From contig NC_086097.1 in NCBI RefSeq assembly GCF_963921235.1, forward strand, positions 98,024,001 through 98,088,000: a stretch of DNA of 64,000 nt. The letters run 5' to 3'. Origin of the DNA: Mobula hypostoma (taxonomy: Eukaryota). The notes under the pieces were generated by a model that was given only the letters and a program-made list of their open reading frames with translations, was not told where the DNA came from and ran no database searches. A program made the position numbers and the translations under genes. Below are positions 62,109 through 64,000 of the stretch, piece after piece. Within the stretch, counting starts at the first letter, position 1, and each line of letters starts with the position of its first letter.

Positions 62109-64000
62109 AATTTGAATCCCTCACCACTTAATATCCTTGGGTTTACACTTGATAAGAGGCGGAACCGAAGGAACTATATACGCCAAGTGGCCACAGACGC
62201 AAGTTGGAAGTTGGGGATCTTCTGCTTAGTAACTCAGCTCCACATTCCCCAAAGCCTGTCCACTACCTACAAGGTTTGTGTCAGGAGACTCTTCACTTGC
62301 CTGGATGATCTTCAACATCATTCACACCATGCAGAATAAAGCAGCCCATTTTGAAAGTACCCGTCCACAACTATTCACCCAGTCCACATCCAATGCACAG
62401 CAGCGACTGCAGTCTGTACCGTCTGCAGGATGCACTGCAGTAATTCTCCAAGACTCCTGAGCCTTTTGCAAACCCACGACCGCTACCAGCAAGAAGATCA
62501 AGGACAGCAAAAGCATGAAGTTGTCCTCCAGCCCACACTGCATCCTGACTTTTAAATATATCATTATTCCTTCACAGTCACTGGGTCAATATCCTGATAC
62601 TCCCTCAGTAGATTGTGAGACTGTGTGCATAACCACGACCTGGTTACTTCAGTGCCAATTTCTCAAACACAGTTAGGAATGGACAATTAAATGTTTGCTC
62701 TGCCTGCGAAGCTCACATCAATTAAAACAAAAGAGAGCACATGAAGTTTCTTGCCGTATTTCGTTTCACATGTCCCACGGGTAGGGTCAGTCCTCATTTA
62801 CGAGCGAGGGTAGAGAAGGAAGAGGGTGGTTAGGAATCTCTCTCCTTTCTTGCAACATTTCAGCCGCCAGAAATTTGTTCGTCTAAATTCTACAATTAAA
62901 ATTATTATGATATTGCGCTAAAGTCAATTTCATATTCAAAATACTGTTAATGTAAACTTGAATCAAATATTGCTGGATTGTTTTGTGCTTTAAATAATCC
63001 CAACTGGTCAGAACCCGATGTACAGTATGTTTTAAAATTTATTTGCCAGATTTAACCCGCATTTCTTTTTCCCCTTGTTTGTGGCCCTTGACAAGGTGGT
63101 GGAGAGTAGCCTTCGTGAACTTTTGCAGAACCTCTGGTGATGGACATAGACACAGCAGTGGTGGAAGAATGGCAGTGAACCAGATAGTACTTGGTCCAGA
63201 CACAGCCTGAACTTGCACCTCTTGTTATTCAGACAGATATATTTATTTTTTGGACTCTGGCAGTCCAGCCATTCTGCAAAGCTTGAGCAGTGCATGGTGG
63301 GTGACCATGCCACAGATACTGATCCTTAAAACCCTCCCCTTGGATAACACAAAGGCCATAGGACTTAGGAGCAGAATTAAGCCATTTGCCCCATCAAGTC
63401 TGCTCCACCATTCCATTATGGCTATTCTGTCTCTCAACACCATTCTCCTGCCTTGTCCCATAACTGTTGACACCCTTACTAATCAAGACACTATCAACAC
63501 TCACAACACGCTGGAGGAACTCAACAGGTCTGGCAGCATCTGTGGAAATGAACAGTTAACGTTTCGGGCCGAGACCCTTCATCAGGTCTGAAGAGGAAGG
63601 GGGCAAGGGCCCTATAAAGAAGGTGGGAGGAGGGTGGGAAGGAAAAGGCTGGTAGGTGCCAGGTGAAAAACCAGTGAGGGGAAAGATAAAGGGGTGGGGG
63701 AGGGGATGGGCAGGAAAGGTGAAGAAGGAATAGGAGAAAGCACAATGGGTAGTAACATAGAAACATAGAAAATAGGTGCAGGAGTAGGCCATTCGGCCCT
63801 TCAAACCTGCACCACCATTCAGTATGATCATGGCTGATCATCCAACTCAGAACCCTGTACCTGCCTTCCCTCCATACCCGCTGATCCCTTTAGCCACAAT
63901 GGCCATATCTAACTCCCTCTTAAATATAGCCAATGAACTGGCCTCAACTGTTTCCTGTGGCAGAGAATTCCACAGATTCACCACTCTCTGTGTGAAGAAG
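61748..64000. repeat. Copy 2 of the segmental duplication, including the left junction of the Penelope-bounded segment (63484-63498) and its CR1 insert
   Basis: Matches 1-2253. Confidence 0.97.

Overview
Repeat-dominated eukaryotic DNA. The LINE/SINE/Penelope repertoire suggests a cartilaginous fish, probably a ray (inference). Most of the window is nested retroelements: many CR1 LINEs, Penelope-like elements (RT + GIY-YIG) with hammerhead ribozyme motifs, a Hero/NeSL-type RLE non-LTR element, a near-complete Gypsy LTR element, a solo LTR, Rex1/Babar and RTE fragments, an Academ-like (XPG + Cys-rich) DNA transposon remnant and a Tigger-like remnant. The only host-type gene is a 3-exon, truncated phospholipase C-delta-like gene: N-terminal TM anchor + 17x11-aa Pro-rich repeat + PH domain, with no catalytic exons found. 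It lies inside a ~22.7 kb segment (1752-24502) bounded by inverted Penelope termini and an apparent 15-bp target-site duplication that splits a CR1 fragment. The window start recurs at 61748, implying a 61,747-bp tandem/segmental unit. All comparisons were made by eye; most repeat boundaries are approximate.
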